64,000 nt of DNA, taken from the NCBI RefSeq assembly GCF_006345805.1, contig NC_043022.1, positions 434,001-498,000 on the forward strand. Reading direction: 5' to 3'. The notes beneath the pieces were generated by a model, which was not told the DNA's origin, did not search any database, and saw only the letters and a list, made by a program, of their open reading frames with translations. Shown here piece by piece: positions 1-13,953 of the stretch; the first letter of the stretch is position 1, and each line of letters begins with the position of its first letter. The stretch is from Octopus sinensis (Eukaryota). The translations under genes and the position numbers were made by a program.

Positions 1-28
1 CACACCACACACACACACACACACACAC

Positions 29-66
<38 letters not shown>

Positions 67-67
<1 letters not shown>

Positions 68-207
68 GCGCAGGCGTGATTGTGTGGTAAAAAGCTTGCT
101 TCCCAAGCACATGGTTCCGGGTTCAGTCCCACTGCTGAGCACCTTAGGCAAGTATCTTCTACTATAGCCTTGTGTGTGGATTTGGTAGGCAGAAACTGAA
201 AGAAGTC

Positions 208-252
<45 letters not shown>

Positions 253-415
253 CGTGTGCGTTTGTGTGTGTGTGTGCGTGTGCGTTTGTGTGTGTGTGTG
301 TGTGCCGAAACTGATAGAATAAATTCCAGGTTTGATTCGTTCGGCTAAAACTTTTGAAGGCAGTGCCCCAGCATGGCCGCAGTCTAATGACTGAAACAAG
401 TAAAAGATAAAACAA
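67..415 (+). mobile_element. tRNA-derived SINE, family A (CORE-like body, internal TA/TG microsatellite)
   Basis: Head GGCGCAGGCGTGATTGTGTGGTAA, B-box-like GGGTTCAGTCCC, CORE-like CACCTTAGGCAAGT and tail CAGCATGGCCGCAGTCTAATGACTGAAACAAGTAAAAGA. The same modules recur at 18140, 28472 and 48797. Confidence 0.85.
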
Positions 416-419
416 AAAA

Positions 420-864
420 GATACACATCCACCTATCCCTCTATACACACAGGCATACATGCACACATACATACATACATGCATGCATGCACGCATGCGT
501 ACATGTTTGTACGTATGTATGCATGTATGTATGTGTGTATGTGTGTATGTATAAATATGTGTGTATGTGTGTATGTATACATATATATATATATACACAC
601 ATATAGTCAAAAATGATAGACAGACAGACAGATATTAATACATATTTACACTCTCACAGAAATGCATATATACATACAGACATACAGACAGACACATGCA
701 TAAACAGATGCATTCACACACACACACACACACATGTACTTATACACACAAGTACGGTCATACACTTATAGCCACACAGTCCTTCCTCCACCTTACACAC
801 ACCACACACATGCTCAAATACACACACACACACACACACACACACACCACACACATGCTCAAAT

Positions 865-901
<37 letters not shown>

Positions 902-926
902 CTCAAATGCACACACACACACACAC
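420..926. repeat. compound (CA)n/(TATG)n microsatellite with a short repeated unit CACATGCTCAAAT
   Basis: Directly visible; ACACATGCTCAAAT occurs three times between CA runs at about 805-910. Confidence 0.85.
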
Positions 927-1185
927 TAAATGGAAGACTGACAAATGCAGAGTGTAAAGAATGAGAGACAACTTTGTCAGATCACGTGTCCGACACACGA
1001 GGAGTTACGCGCTTCGCTTACGCATAATCCGGAAAGACTTCTGTGTGTGCGCGTGCGCGCGTGCATGTACATCTGTTGATAGTCGTCTTCTAACTGTTGT
1101 TGTTCCTGTTGCCCTTATCGAAATAGTAGTAGTAGTATTAGTAGTAGTAGTTTTATTTAAAAATATATTTCTATAACTGAACTAA

Positions 1186-1221
1186 ATGTGTGTATACAGA
1201 TACTTGTACAGTTACAAGTTC

Positions 1222-1291
<70 letters not shown>

Positions 1292-1387
1292 ATTTATATA
1301 TGTGTTTGTGTGTATACTTATGCATATGCATATATGTGTATACATATATATATATGTGTGTGTGTGTACGTGTGTGCGTACATACAA

Positions 1388-1418
<31 letters not shown>

Positions 1419-1595
1419 CATATACACAATACACGGATATATACACATAGGCGTACATGTACGCATATTGCATTTAGATGGCAAACATGAATAGTTCGTG
1501 GTTACGCATGTGCATACATTAAGTATGCATGTATGTCCGTTTTATTACGCGTGTACATACACATAAATACATGTATGTGTATGTATAACTATATC

Positions 1596-1644
<49 letters not shown>

Positions 1645-1645
1645 T

Positions 1646-1713
<68 letters not shown>

Positions 1714-1715
1714 TA
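1186..1715. repeat. (TA)n/(TG)n/(CA)n microsatellite block
   Basis: Directly visible dinucleotide runs. Confidence 0.9.
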
Positions 1716-1789
1716 TAATGCTTCAGCGAAGAAAATGCCCTGACGTCATAGAAGTGTCGCCATGCCAACTACGAATTTGATTATTATTA

Positions 1790-2580
1790 TTACCACTACT
1801 ACAACAACAAGCACCCACACCACCACCACCTCCACCGCTGCCGCCGCCACCACCACCATCACCACAACCACCACAACCACCACCACCACCACCACCGCCA
1901 CCACTCCTGCAGTTGTCTGACAAACGTTGTTGCATTTGTTTTTGTTTTTAATCTCTTTTTTCTTCTCAATTTTTATTACAACATCAAAAGCTCGAAACGG
2001 CAGCGACTGCAATAGCTGGGAGTGCATCCAGCAATAAATGCGCGCCCAGCAGGTGGGGGATAGCACAGCAGATGATGGAGCATGGTGTATGGTGGTGGTG
2101 GTAGTTGTGGTGGTGGTGGTGGTGGTGGTGGTGGTGTGGCGTGGTGGTGGCGGTGGTGGTGGTGGCGGTGGTGGTGGCGGTGGTGGTGGTGCTGGTGCTG
2201 GTGCTGGTGGCTGTGTTGATAATGATGCGGATGATGATGTGGTGGAGGAGGAGGAGGAGGAGGGGGAGGAATAGGAGGAGTCGTAGTAGTGGGAGAATAA
2301 TGTGGATAATGATGGTGGTGATGGTGATGATGATGATGATGATGATGATGACGGTGACAACGACGTCGACGACGACGATGATGATTACGATGATGACGAT
2401 GTTTATGATGTCGACAATAACGACGACACTGTTGCAGCTTTGCCTTCTGATGATGATAGTGGTGGGCTTGGTGATGGTGGTAATGATGATGATGATGATG
2501 ATGATGGTGATGACGAAGACGATAGTGATGACGATGATGATGATGATGATGATGATGATGACAATAACCGCAACGATAAA
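1790..2580. repeat. trinucleotide low-complexity block (CAC/CCG, then GGT, GAG, GAT/GAC)
   Basis: Directly visible; explains the poly-G/P/H/D/V ORFs in the track. Confidence 0.85.
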
Positions 2581-2758
2581 CATAAACATTGTCCCCCCCC
2601 CCCAAGCATTGTAAAAGAAGCAAAATCTCGACTACATTGCTTTTGTCCTTGTAATGTAACCCCCCCCCTCATCTTCTGCCCACGTTCTGAAGAACTCCGT
2701 GCAACCGCGATAAAAATCAAGGGTCTTCCTGTTCTGGGACTGATATCATCGGTTGTGA

Positions 2759-2992
2759 AGGCGGCGAGCTGGCAGAATCGTTAGAACGCCGGGCGAAATG
2801 CGTAGCCGTATTTCGTCTGTCTTGGCGTTCTGAGTTCAAATTCTGCCGAGGTCGACTTTGCCTTTCATCCTTTCGGGGTCGATAAATTAAGTACCAGTTA
2901 CGCACTGGGGTCGATGTAATCGACTTAATCCGTTTGTCTGTCCTTGTTTGTCCCCTCTTTGTTTAGCCCCTTGTGGTCAATAAAGAAATAAG
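2759..2992 (+). mobile_element. tRNA-derived SINE, family B (Meta-domain-like body)
   Basis: GGCGGCGAGCTGGCAGAATCGTTAG head, GAGTTCAAATTC B-box-like motif and GTCGACTTTGCCTTTCATCCTTTCGGGGTCGATAAATTAAGTACCAG body. Repeated at 38092, 42625, 47750 and 51715. Confidence 0.85.
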
Positions 2993-3359
2993 AATCTTTA
3001 GCGCCCCGGTCAAAATGCTTGGAGCCTTTTCGCTCGCCATTACGTACTGCGTTGAAATATCGCTGAGGTCATCTTTCAAGGGGACTTTCAACCTTTCCGG
3101 GTCAACGAAATAGGTACCCGTTGAATACCAGTTTAATGTAGAATTCCATGAAGCTGAAATCCAGATTGGCGAAATTATTTCTCCTTCCTCTTGAATTTTT
3201 ACGTTTACACTCACACACACACAAACACACTTACACACACAAATTCTCACATATACACACACATATCCGTCTAAACCTCCGCAATCTATATCACCTGTCT
3301 TTGTAACGTCACCTTCTATATTTTACGCCCGTCTGGCAAATATTAGAAATCTTTTTCAT

Positions 3360-3898
3360 TTAGTGCAATAGTTTGAGCATCGGACGAAATATTTGCGGCA
3401 TTTCTTCCAGTTCCCTACGTTCTGAGTTCAAATGTCCCCGAAACTAAATTTGACTTGGGGAGTTAATAAAACAGAGCACCAGTCAACTACAAAGGCCTAT
3501 ATAATCCACAGGACCGGACCCCCAAAATTTCAGGCCTTGTACGAACGTTAGAAACACACCCCGGTCAACTTCGCCTTTTATCCCTCGGGAGTTCATAAAA
3601 TAATGTACCAGTTAAAGCACTATTAAATAAATTACCACTAAAGCTGGTTGTATCGACTTACCCTGACCCTAAAAACTGTTGGTCTTGCGTCGAAAGTCAA
3701 AACAAACGATGAGCATGCCGGACAAAATACTTTGCGGCGTTTCCTTCGTCTTTACGTTCTGCATTGAAATTCTACGAAGTCGACTTTGCCTTTCATCCTA
3801 CCGGGGTCGATAAAATAAGTATCAGTCAGGTACTGGGGTCTATATGATCGACTCACCCCTCCCCACTAATTTCAGATTTTGTGCCTATTGTAGAGAAG

Positions 3899-3899
<1 letters not shown>
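3360..3899 (+). mobile_element. degenerate/partial family B SINE copies
   Basis: TTCTGAGTTCAAAT (3421) and CGACTTTGCCTTTCATCCTACCGGGGTCGATAAAATAAGTA (3781) match 2759-2992. Confidence 0.7.

Positions 3900-3978
<79 letters not shown>
3900..3978. repeat. (TAA)n microsatellite
   Basis: Perfect run directly upstream of the RLE retrotransposon. Confidence 0.95.
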
Positions 3979-3979
<1 letters not shown>

Positions 3980-6740
3980 CACTACTGAGCAACAACAAGA
4001 GAAGAAAAATACTACGTAAATACAAAATTACAGAACAAGGTACATCTGAGGTAAAAGAACAGCTAAAGCAAGATATCCTCGCCAAAGCACAAAGAATCCA
4101 TTGGGATGCGAAACGCCATCGTTTCTTTGCACAAAACAAACAATTCAACTCCATCCCCCAAAAGTTTCTACCAAGAACTTGGCAAAAATAAAATAGAGAT
4201 CAATGCAGCACCAACAGCAGAAGTGGAAGAATTTTGGAAAGAAATATGGTTGGCGAAGCAACAACCTCTGAAAAGATCTATCAAAACAACAGACACATCA
4301 CCTGAACAACTCTGGACTCCTATAACAACTGAAGAGGTCACCGAGGCACTTCAAAAACTAAGCAACTGGAAGCCACCCGGGCACAGAACCCCCAACTTCT
4401 GGTTAAAATGTCTAACAGGGATACATAAAACGCTGGCTGAGAAATTTAATGAAATACTCGCAGAGCCAGAGACAATGCCTGAATGGCTTACGGAAAGGAA
4501 AACTATCCTCATTCCCATATCCACTGAAACGGCTAACCCACAAAATTATAGGCCGATAACTTGTCTCCTTACAATTTATAAAGTCTTTACTGCAATAATA
4601 TCGCAGAGAAAGGGCAAACATCTGGAAGAAAACAACCTGTTTCCAGAAGAGCAGAATGGGTAATACAAGGGCTCATACGGTTGTAAAGATCACCTACTGA
4701 TCAATAAAGCCGTAACTGAAGACTGCCACAGAAAGAAGAAGGGTCTAAGTATGGCCTGGATCGACTTTCGAAAGGCTTTTGATAGTATTCCCCACCCATG
4801 GATCCTAGGAACACTAGCCATGAACAAGGTAGCATCAATAATCATAAAATGTCTAAAACATTCCATAAAGAAATAGAAGACAGTGATACAGCTCCAGACA
4901 AAAGCGAGACTCATAAAAACCAGAGCCAGCTCCATTAGAAGAGGAATATTCCAAGAGGGCACGCTCTCTCCACTACTTTTCTGCTTGGCACTGGCACCTT
5001 TACAGAAATGGATGTGGATACAACTGTTACGGCAAAACAATCAACCATCTCTTGTATATGGATGATCAAAAACTGTATGCTGCAAATGATAAACAGCTGA
5101 AAACACTACTACAGAGAGTACATGGATTTACCAAAGAAATAAACCAAAGAAATGAAATTTGGCTTAGACAAATGTGCCAAAGCAACCTCGAAAAAAGGAA
5201 AACTAGTTAAGAGCAACAACTAGATAAAGCAAATGAAGTAAGAGAATTAGAATAAAGCCAGACATACAGATATTTAGGAATCAATGAACAAGATACAATA
5301 CAACACACACAAATGAAAGATAAGATAAGAAAGGAATACTGTAGAGGAGTTAGATTAATACTGAAAATAGAGCTCAATGCGAAAAACAAGATAATAGGTA
5401 TCAACACTTTAGCCATCCCGGTTATAAGCTACTCTACAATATTCTTAAATGGACTCTAAAGGAATAAATCAAAATAGACAGGAAAACAAGAAAAATAGTG
5501 ACAGGATTTAGGATGCACCACCCAAAATTTGACACAGAAAGGTTATATAAACAACATATCGAAGGTAGTAGAGGCCTTATACTATTACAGAATAACCACC
5601 ATAGGATTACAGAAATACCTACTTCAGAAGCAAGGGTAACTAATACAAATAGCTACAAAACACGAACAAAACAAAAAACTGTTTTCTGTCTTCAAGGAAG
5701 CTGACAAATACCCCCCTCCCCCCAAAAAAAAGTCATAATACATAACAACCATGAAGAAAAAGAAGGAACAACAGAAGCTGTAAAACAACTGAAATCCAAA
5801 CTAAAACTTGAAAAGCAACGGATTATGATAAAACGATGGCAACAAAAGCCCCTTCATGGCAAATATTGGGTTTAGCTAAAGAGAAAAGAAATAGACAAAG
5901 CAAAATCCCAACAATGGCTGAGGAGTTCAGGACTCAAAGCAGAGACTAAAGGATTTTTAATTGCAGCACAAGACCAAAGCCTCCCCATTTGACAGTTCTG
6001 GGGAGGGGACCAGTCAATTACATCGATGAAAGGTAAACTCGATCAAAGCCTTCCCACCAAAAATATGTAATGAAAAGAAATGCAACAAATAACTGCAGAA
6101 TATGTGGAGATGGAGAAGAAACCCTAAATCATATTATCTCTGGCTGCCCAGTCTTGGCTAAGAAGGAATTTATTCACAGACACGACAGAGTTAGGACCTA
6201 CATACACTGGAAGCGATGCCAACACTATGGAAAAACAACAGAAAAAAGATAGTATAGGTACACCCCAGAAAAGGTCACAGAAAATAAGAAAGCAATCATA
6301 CTCTGGGATATGCCAATACACACAAATAGAGAAATTAAGGCCAATATGCCGGATATAGCTGTCAGGGATCAGAAAGAAAAAAATGCTTTCTAATCGATGT
6401 ATCATTCATTACCAACAGATTACAACGTTTCTGTAAAAGAAACAGAGAAACTTTCAAAATACAAAGACCTGGAAATAGAGGTAACTCAAATGTGGAGCCT
6501 AAAAACAGAAACAATTCCTGTTATAGTAGGTGCATTAGGTATAATAAGAAAAATATTCAGACAAATATGTAACCAAGACACCAGGACTTACAAGTATATA
6601 TAACATGCAGAAAATAGCACTACTAGGTATTGCACACATCCTACGTAAAACACTTTCAATACTGTGAAAATGAGAGCATCACAACAAACCACAACACATA
6701 CGTAAGGAACACAGAGCTGCGCTCGGTCGTTCAGTGAAAG
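3979..6740 (+). mobile_element. 5'-truncated, decayed RLE-type non-LTR retrotransposon (R4/Dong-like): RT, CCHC knuckle, restriction-like endonuclease
   Basis: RT motifs NYRPITCL (ORF 4106-4663), WIDFRKAFDSIPH, RGIFQ..LSPLLF and YMDD (5055-5066). CRICGDGEETLNHIISGC at about 6091-6150. RLE motifs PDIA..D and KLSKYKDL..IPVIVGALG. Multiple stops and frameshifts. Confidence 0.92.
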
Positions 6741-7219
6741 GAATCACTGAAAATGAGAATTGCAAAATCCAGTGGGATGCAATGATCCCGTGCGTTCACC
6801 TGACCAGACATCGGAAACCGGACATTGTTGTGGTGAATAAAAAAGAAAGATCATGTATGATAATCGACATAGCACGCTCCGGTGACAACAGGATCAGTGT
6901 GAAAGATCAAGAAAAAAATAAACAGCTATGACGATTTGAAGTGCAGATACGAAGGTTGTGGTCAATGAAGAGAGTAGACGTGATACCATTAGTAATTAGT
7001 GCAGTTGGAAGTATCAGCTCTCAACTACCAACATGGCTGAAAAAGATTGGTGCAGGTGTGAACATAGAACGCCTACAAAAATCAGCATTGCTTGGAACTG
7101 CAAGAATTGTTCTCAGGGTTCTTGAAGCATGACCAGTTAAACAATTGTCACCTTAGTCTGCTGGCTGTGGACACCTGACCTCCTTTCCATCATACACAGC
7201 AAAATAAGCTGTGAGTTTC

Positions 7220-7222
<3 letters not shown>
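6741..7222 (+). mobile_element. 3' fragment of a second RLE-type non-LTR family
   Basis: KIQWD..HRKPDIVVVNKKERSCMIIDIA..VIPLVISAVG..LQKSALLGTARIVLRVLE, then a distinct 3'UTR ending at (TAA)n. Confidence 0.88.
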
Positions 7223-7287
<65 letters not shown>

Positions 7288-7362
7288 GTAATAATAATAA
7301 TAATAATAATGATGATGATAATGATGATGATGATGATAATAATAATAATAATAATAATAATA
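7223..7362. repeat. (TAA)n/(GAT)n microsatellite
   Basis: Directly visible, between RLE fragments 2 and 3. Confidence 0.95.
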
Positions 7363-7363
7363 G

Positions 7364-7989
7364 TATTTACACTGGACAATATGTCGGCATTATAAAATCA
7401 AAACCGCTGACAAATGGTATAAACATCATCCTGAAGCTGTGACTGAGGGAGAAAATGTGTCGATTCTATGGGACTTCCCCGTGCAGACCGACAGGACTAT
7501 AAAAGCCAATAAACCGGATATTATTATAAAAGATCAGACAAAAAGGATGTGTTTATTAATTGACATGAGTATTCCCTGTGATCACAATATAGCGGCGAAA
7601 GAATTTGACAAGATTAGTAAATATAAAGACCTGCTAATGGAAATTGAAAAAATGTGGCATCTCAAGGCGACTACAGTACCAGTAGAATCTCTAGGAATGA
7701 TTTAAAAAAAGGTACTGAAACCTATTTGAAAATGATTCCAGGCTTACCATCCCTACAGGAAGTGCAAAAAATCGTATGAACTGGAACGACTCATGTACTG
7801 AGAAGAGCACTATCGGTGTGAAAATAACATCCATCCATGAATTTATTTATTTATTAATTTTTAAATACATATTTTATCCGTGAATTTGCGTGGGTAATCT
7901 GGGAAAGCATACAATGCCCTCTCTGCCCTAGGTGTATGGAAAACACTCGGCGAGGAACGGAAGAAAATTTGAAGAAAGAAGGAAAAAAC

Positions 7990-7990
<1 letters not shown>
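7364..7990 (+). mobile_element. 3' fragment of a third RLE-type non-LTR family
   Basis: YLHWTICRHY..KWYKHHPE..ILWDFPVQTDRTIKANKPDIIIKD..LIDMSIP..KISKYKDL, with its own 3'UTR ending at (TAA)n. Confidence 0.9.
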
Positions 7991-8036
<46 letters not shown>

Positions 8037-8041
8037 TGAAA

Positions 8042-8110
<69 letters not shown>

Positions 8111-8164
8111 CATAATAATAAAATAATAATAATTGAATAATAATAATAATAATAATAATTGAAA

Positions 8165-8200
<36 letters not shown>

Positions 8201-8267
8201 TGAAAAATAATAATAATAAAATAATAATAATAATAATAATATAAATAATAATAATAATAAATTGAAA

Positions 8268-8316
<49 letters not shown>

Positions 8317-8337
8317 TAATAATATGAATAATTGAAA

Positions 8338-8374
<37 letters not shown>

Positions 8375-8450
8375 TAATAAATAATAATATTGAAAAATAA
8401 TAATAATAATAATCATAATAATAATAATAATAATAATAATAAATTGAAAA

Positions 8451-8485
<35 letters not shown>

Positions 8486-8603
8486 TAATAATAATATAAT
8501 AATACATAATAATAATAATAATAATAATTGAATAATAATAATAATAATAATAATTGAAAAATATATAATAATAATAATAATATAATAATAATAATAATTG
8601 AAA

Positions 8604-8654
<51 letters not shown>

Positions 8655-8712
8655 TGAAAAAAATAATAATAACTATAATAATAATAATAATAAATAATAA
8701 TAATAATTGAAA

Positions 8713-8746
<34 letters not shown>

Positions 8747-8917
8747 TAATATAATTGAAAAATAATAATAATAATCATAATAATAATAATAATAATAATA
8801 ATATAATTGAAAAATAATAATATAATATATAATAATAATAATAATAATAATAAGAATAATAATAATTGAAAAATAATAATAATATAATCATAATAATAAT
8901 AATAATAATAAATTAAA

Positions 8918-8960
<43 letters not shown>

Positions 8961-8975
8961 TAATAATAATTGAAA

Positions 8976-9009
<34 letters not shown>

Positions 9010-9060
9010 TAATATAATAATAATAATAATAATAATTGAAAAATAATAATAATAATAATC

Positions 9061-9092
<32 letters not shown>

Positions 9093-9097
9093 TGAAA

Positions 9098-9136
<39 letters not shown>

Positions 9137-9283
9137 TGAAAAATAATATAATAATAATAATAATTAATAATAATATAATAATAATATAATAATAATAATT
9201 GAAAAATAATAATAATAATAATCATAATAATATATAATAATAATAATATATTGAAAAATAATAAAATAATAATAATAATAATA

Positions 9284-9317
<34 letters not shown>

Positions 9318-9322
9318 TGAAA

Positions 9323-9382
<60 letters not shown>

Positions 9383-9387
9383 TGAAA

Positions 9388-9441
<54 letters not shown>

Positions 9442-9465
9442 TGAAAAATAATAATAATAATAATC

Positions 9466-9497
<32 letters not shown>

Positions 9498-9512
9498 TGA
9501 AAAATAATAATA

Positions 9513-9558
<46 letters not shown>

Positions 9559-9660
9559 CATAATAATATAATAATAATAATTGAATAATAATAATAATAA
9601 AATAATTGAAAAATAATAATAATAATAATAATATAATAATAAATAATAATAATTGTGAAA

Positions 9661-9712
<52 letters not shown>
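7991..9712. repeat. compound satellite: (TAA)n punctuated by TTGAAAAA
   Basis: Roughly 30 TTGAAAAA (occasionally TTGAATAA) interruptions, about 40-65 bp apart, in otherwise near-pure TAA. Counts are by eye. Confidence 0.95.
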
Positions 9713-9716
<4 letters not shown>

Positions 9717-9751
9717 TGATGATGATAATGAAAATAATGATGATGATAATA

Positions 9752-9789
<38 letters not shown>

Positions 9790-9930
9790 AATAATAACAA
9801 TAATAATAATGTTATTGTTATTATTGTACATGTTAGAAATCCACCCCATCGCCATCATCATCATAACTATCACCACCACCACCACCACCACCACCACTAC
9901 TGCAGCCGCCTCCGCTACCGCCATCATCTT
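9713..9930. repeat. (GAT)n followed by (CAT)/(CAC)n low complexity
   Basis: Directly visible. Confidence 0.85.
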
Positions 9931-10448
9931 TCATCGTCACAATACATTTTATATTTATATCATCGTTAATAAAACAACGGCCTCTCTGTTGATAATAATA
10001 GAATGGGTTGGCGACGATCAAGTGATCAAGTACATCGATAAAGGTTAAAGAGATCGGATTAATTACACTATGGAGATAATGGGGGTGGAGGTTACCTTAG
10101 ATTCCGCCTCTCTACACTCAGCCACGTGCGTGCGTGCGTGTAGGACATGCCTAAAAACACACACACAAATATACGCTTTGTATTGTATATACACCCAAAC
10201 GCATTCACCTAAATACGTGTGAGTGTGAAGGTGGGTCTGTTTGTATTTGAATAAATGTGTGTGTGTCTGTGTGTGTGTGTGTGTGTGTATCCACTTCCTT
10301 AACCTTTTATCGATATATTTGGAATTATAGACTTATATAGAGTATTGTAAAATATGTATGTGCGTATGTATGTATGTATATATGTATGTATATATGTATG
10401 TATGTATGTATGTAGGTATGTATGTATGTATATATGTATGTATGTATG

Positions 10449-10501
<53 letters not shown>

Positions 10502-10869
10502 TATATATAAATGTAAGTATGTATGTATGTATGCACATATATATATACTTATATGTTATGAATATGTATAAGTACATGTGCATATGTATGCATATATATA
10601 TAAGTGTTAATGTATGTATGCATAACACACACTCACACACACATACATAGAAACACACCTGCGCGTGGCTATGTGGAAGTTGTTGTGCGTGAATATAGGT
10701 GTGTTTCCAAATAGAGAATTGTTCTTTATGTCACTTAGCATTAAGAACATCACAGAACATCCCATTTAAATTGCATTATTGTATGTTGTGCGTTGAGGGT
10801 GGATATGAATGTGTGTATTCATGCATACATACATACATACATACATACATACATACATACATACATACA

Positions 10870-10903
<34 letters not shown>

Positions 10904-11260
10904 GAAAGATAGAAAGGTATGCGGATATAGAAACAAAGTATAACGAAAATATTTTCTGGTATAAAGCATTTCAACAGAGAGCTCAGTGTATATAAAAATA
11001 TATCCATTTCTAATGTGATTATGTATTAATATAGAATGATGGCTAAAGTTACATTGTATACACGAAACAAAATACTAATTATGTCTGCGTGGTTGCGGGT
11101 TCAGTCCCACTGTGTGACGCCTTGGACAAGTTGTCTTCTAGTAGAGCCGAGGGTTGATCAATCCTTTGTGAATGAGTTTGTTATGTGGAAACCCGTTTTG
11201 TATGTATGAATATGTATATATGTATGTACATATGAATATGTGTCAGTGTGTGTGTGTACA

Positions 11261-11550
11261 TCGACTAGGCTATCAGATGTTGCTACACATCGCTGGTCAC
11301 AATGCGCTTTGCATTGTTTTAGCCTTCAAATGACGCCAACCCGCTGGCTAAGCGAGCAGGCCAACAGAAGAAAGAGTGAGAGAAAGTTGTGGCGAAAGAG
11401 TACAGCAGGGGTCGTCACCACTCACTGCCGGAGCCTCGTGGAGCTTTAGGTGTTTTCGTTCAATAAACACTCACAACGCCCGGTTTTGGGAATCGAAACC
11501 GCGGTCCTACGACCGCGAGTCTGCTGCCCTAACCACTGGGCCATTGCGCC
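11261..11550 (-). mobile_element. tRNA-derived SINE, family C
   Basis: Minus strand GGCGCAATGGCCCAGTGGTTAGGGCAGC..GGTTTCGATTCCC head; tail ..GATGTGTAGCAACATCTGATAG. Near-identical to 53301-53588. Confidence 0.88.
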
Positions 11551-11823
<273 letters not shown>

Positions 11824-12356
11824 CCGAGTTTGTATGATTGTGCATAAAGAAACATTAGTCTTATTTTCTCACATTTTACTATTTGCAATTTTTACAGTTT
11901 TACAATATTGAAATAAACTAGTACCTTCATGCGTTACGCAATCGTCAGGTTTATGTAGTGACATTTGTGTTCCACAACTGACACCTGTAGTGAAATGATT
12001 GGATTTATCTTTTATATTCTCTTCGATGGGCTCTAGCAGGCAGATTCTTATGAGCTGTATTTTGACCAATCAGCATGTAGCTTAGGTGTCACGGATTGGT
12101 GAGCGCGCCAACTAAGTTTTAACTGTATTTCGACCAATCAGTATATGACTTAGACGTGTGTGTGTGTCTAATTGCACATGATACAAAAAGATAGAAAGGA
12201 TTAAAAAGAACTCGAAATTGGAGGTAGAATACAATTTAAGTGCTGTTTTGTCCTTTGAATCCTCAGAAATAATATCTCCGTGTATTAGAAAAATGAAGTC
12301 ATGATTAGAAAGTATTATTAAACTTAATCAACATTATCATCCCCCCCTCTCCCTCT

Positions 12357-12394
<38 letters not shown>

Positions 12395-12401
12395 CTCTCT
12401 T

Positions 12402-12434
<33 letters not shown>

Positions 12435-13100
12435 AAGAAAATCGAAGTGGAACATGGAGAAGAGTAACGGAAATGGAGAAATTAAACAAGGAACACCTCT
12501 CATCAGCCATGGAAACAAGAATCTGCATCATTTCGGTACACACAAACACATGTATGTATGTATGGATGGATGGATGGATGGATGGACGTATAGTTATGTT
12601 GTATTCCGTTAGGAATGTGTTAGAGTACAGTATAGAGCTCGTTTATGTGTGAGAATGTAAGTGTTAGTCTGTGTATGTGTGTATGTATCTGACCAGATTA
12701 GGAAATTCACATGTCCAGCCATGAAGGACAAACCTGAAATACAACCATACAGAAGGCAATACCGCTGAAAGGCTAGCCTGTGCCACACATTACCTTCCAT
12801 AGTGGTCGGGCAAACGCGCTCTCACGGCTCGCACCATGAGGATTTCAGTCACAACCAAATTCAAACTACTACAAACAGCGAGGATGGCCTTGAAGTGGAA
12901 GACTTTAAACTAATGGAGACAACACTATATCACCTGAGGAAGCACAACTAGAACTCATTATGCAAACAAACAGCTGCATAATCAAATACTTGTATTCTTG
13001 GAGAACTACGTTGTGCCGAAACAATTGTAGCGAATAATAAACAAACCTCCGACTGTAATCCTCCTTCCTGACTCCAATCTCTTCTCATTTTACCATATGC

Positions 13101-13171
<71 letters not shown>

Positions 13172-13197
13172 TATATAATATATATCTGTGTGTGTGT

Positions 13198-13237
<40 letters not shown>

Positions 13238-13676
13238 TGTTGGAGAAAATAGACGTACAGGCTGGCTGACAATATATACATACGTATCAGCAGTCAATAG
13301 ACCAATAGGCAAACAGACGACATTTTTTTTCAAATCTTGCAGACGGACATTGTAAGCAAGCAGACGAAACATTGAATGCTGGCAGGCGATCCAAGTAAAC
13401 GGGTGGCAAGTAAAAGCAAAAAGAAAAAAAAGGAAAGAAGAATATGAAAGAAAAAGAAGGCAAATAACAAAAAGCATCAAACCACAATCGAACAGAGTGA
13501 ATTGATGAACTGAAGATGGGGAAAAACAGTCCAGTACAAGACGTATTAGTAACGGCAAGATCGATTATTTAAAAACGGCGTGAATTGGAGATAACATCTG
13601 AAAGATAAGGAAAAAAAGATGCAGAATCAATCAATGAAAGAAAGCGTGATATAAAGGAAATGTAAAATACACTCTC

Positions 13677-13824
13677 TCACATGTATGTATGTGTGTATGT
13701 ATGTATGTGTGTATGTGTGTATATATGTATGTATGTGTGTATGTGTGTATATATGTATGTGTGTGTGTATGTATGTATGTGTGTGTGTATATGTATGTAT
13801 GTGTGTTGTATGTATGTGTCTTTG

Positions 13825-13862
<38 letters not shown>

Positions 13863-13868
13863 AGCATC

Positions 13869-13953
<85 letters not shown>

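Noticed and set aside
7991-9712. CRISPR-like repeat-spacer appearance
   Set aside because: The spacers are only TAA runs, the repeat is 8 bp, the context is eukaryotic and there are no cas genes.
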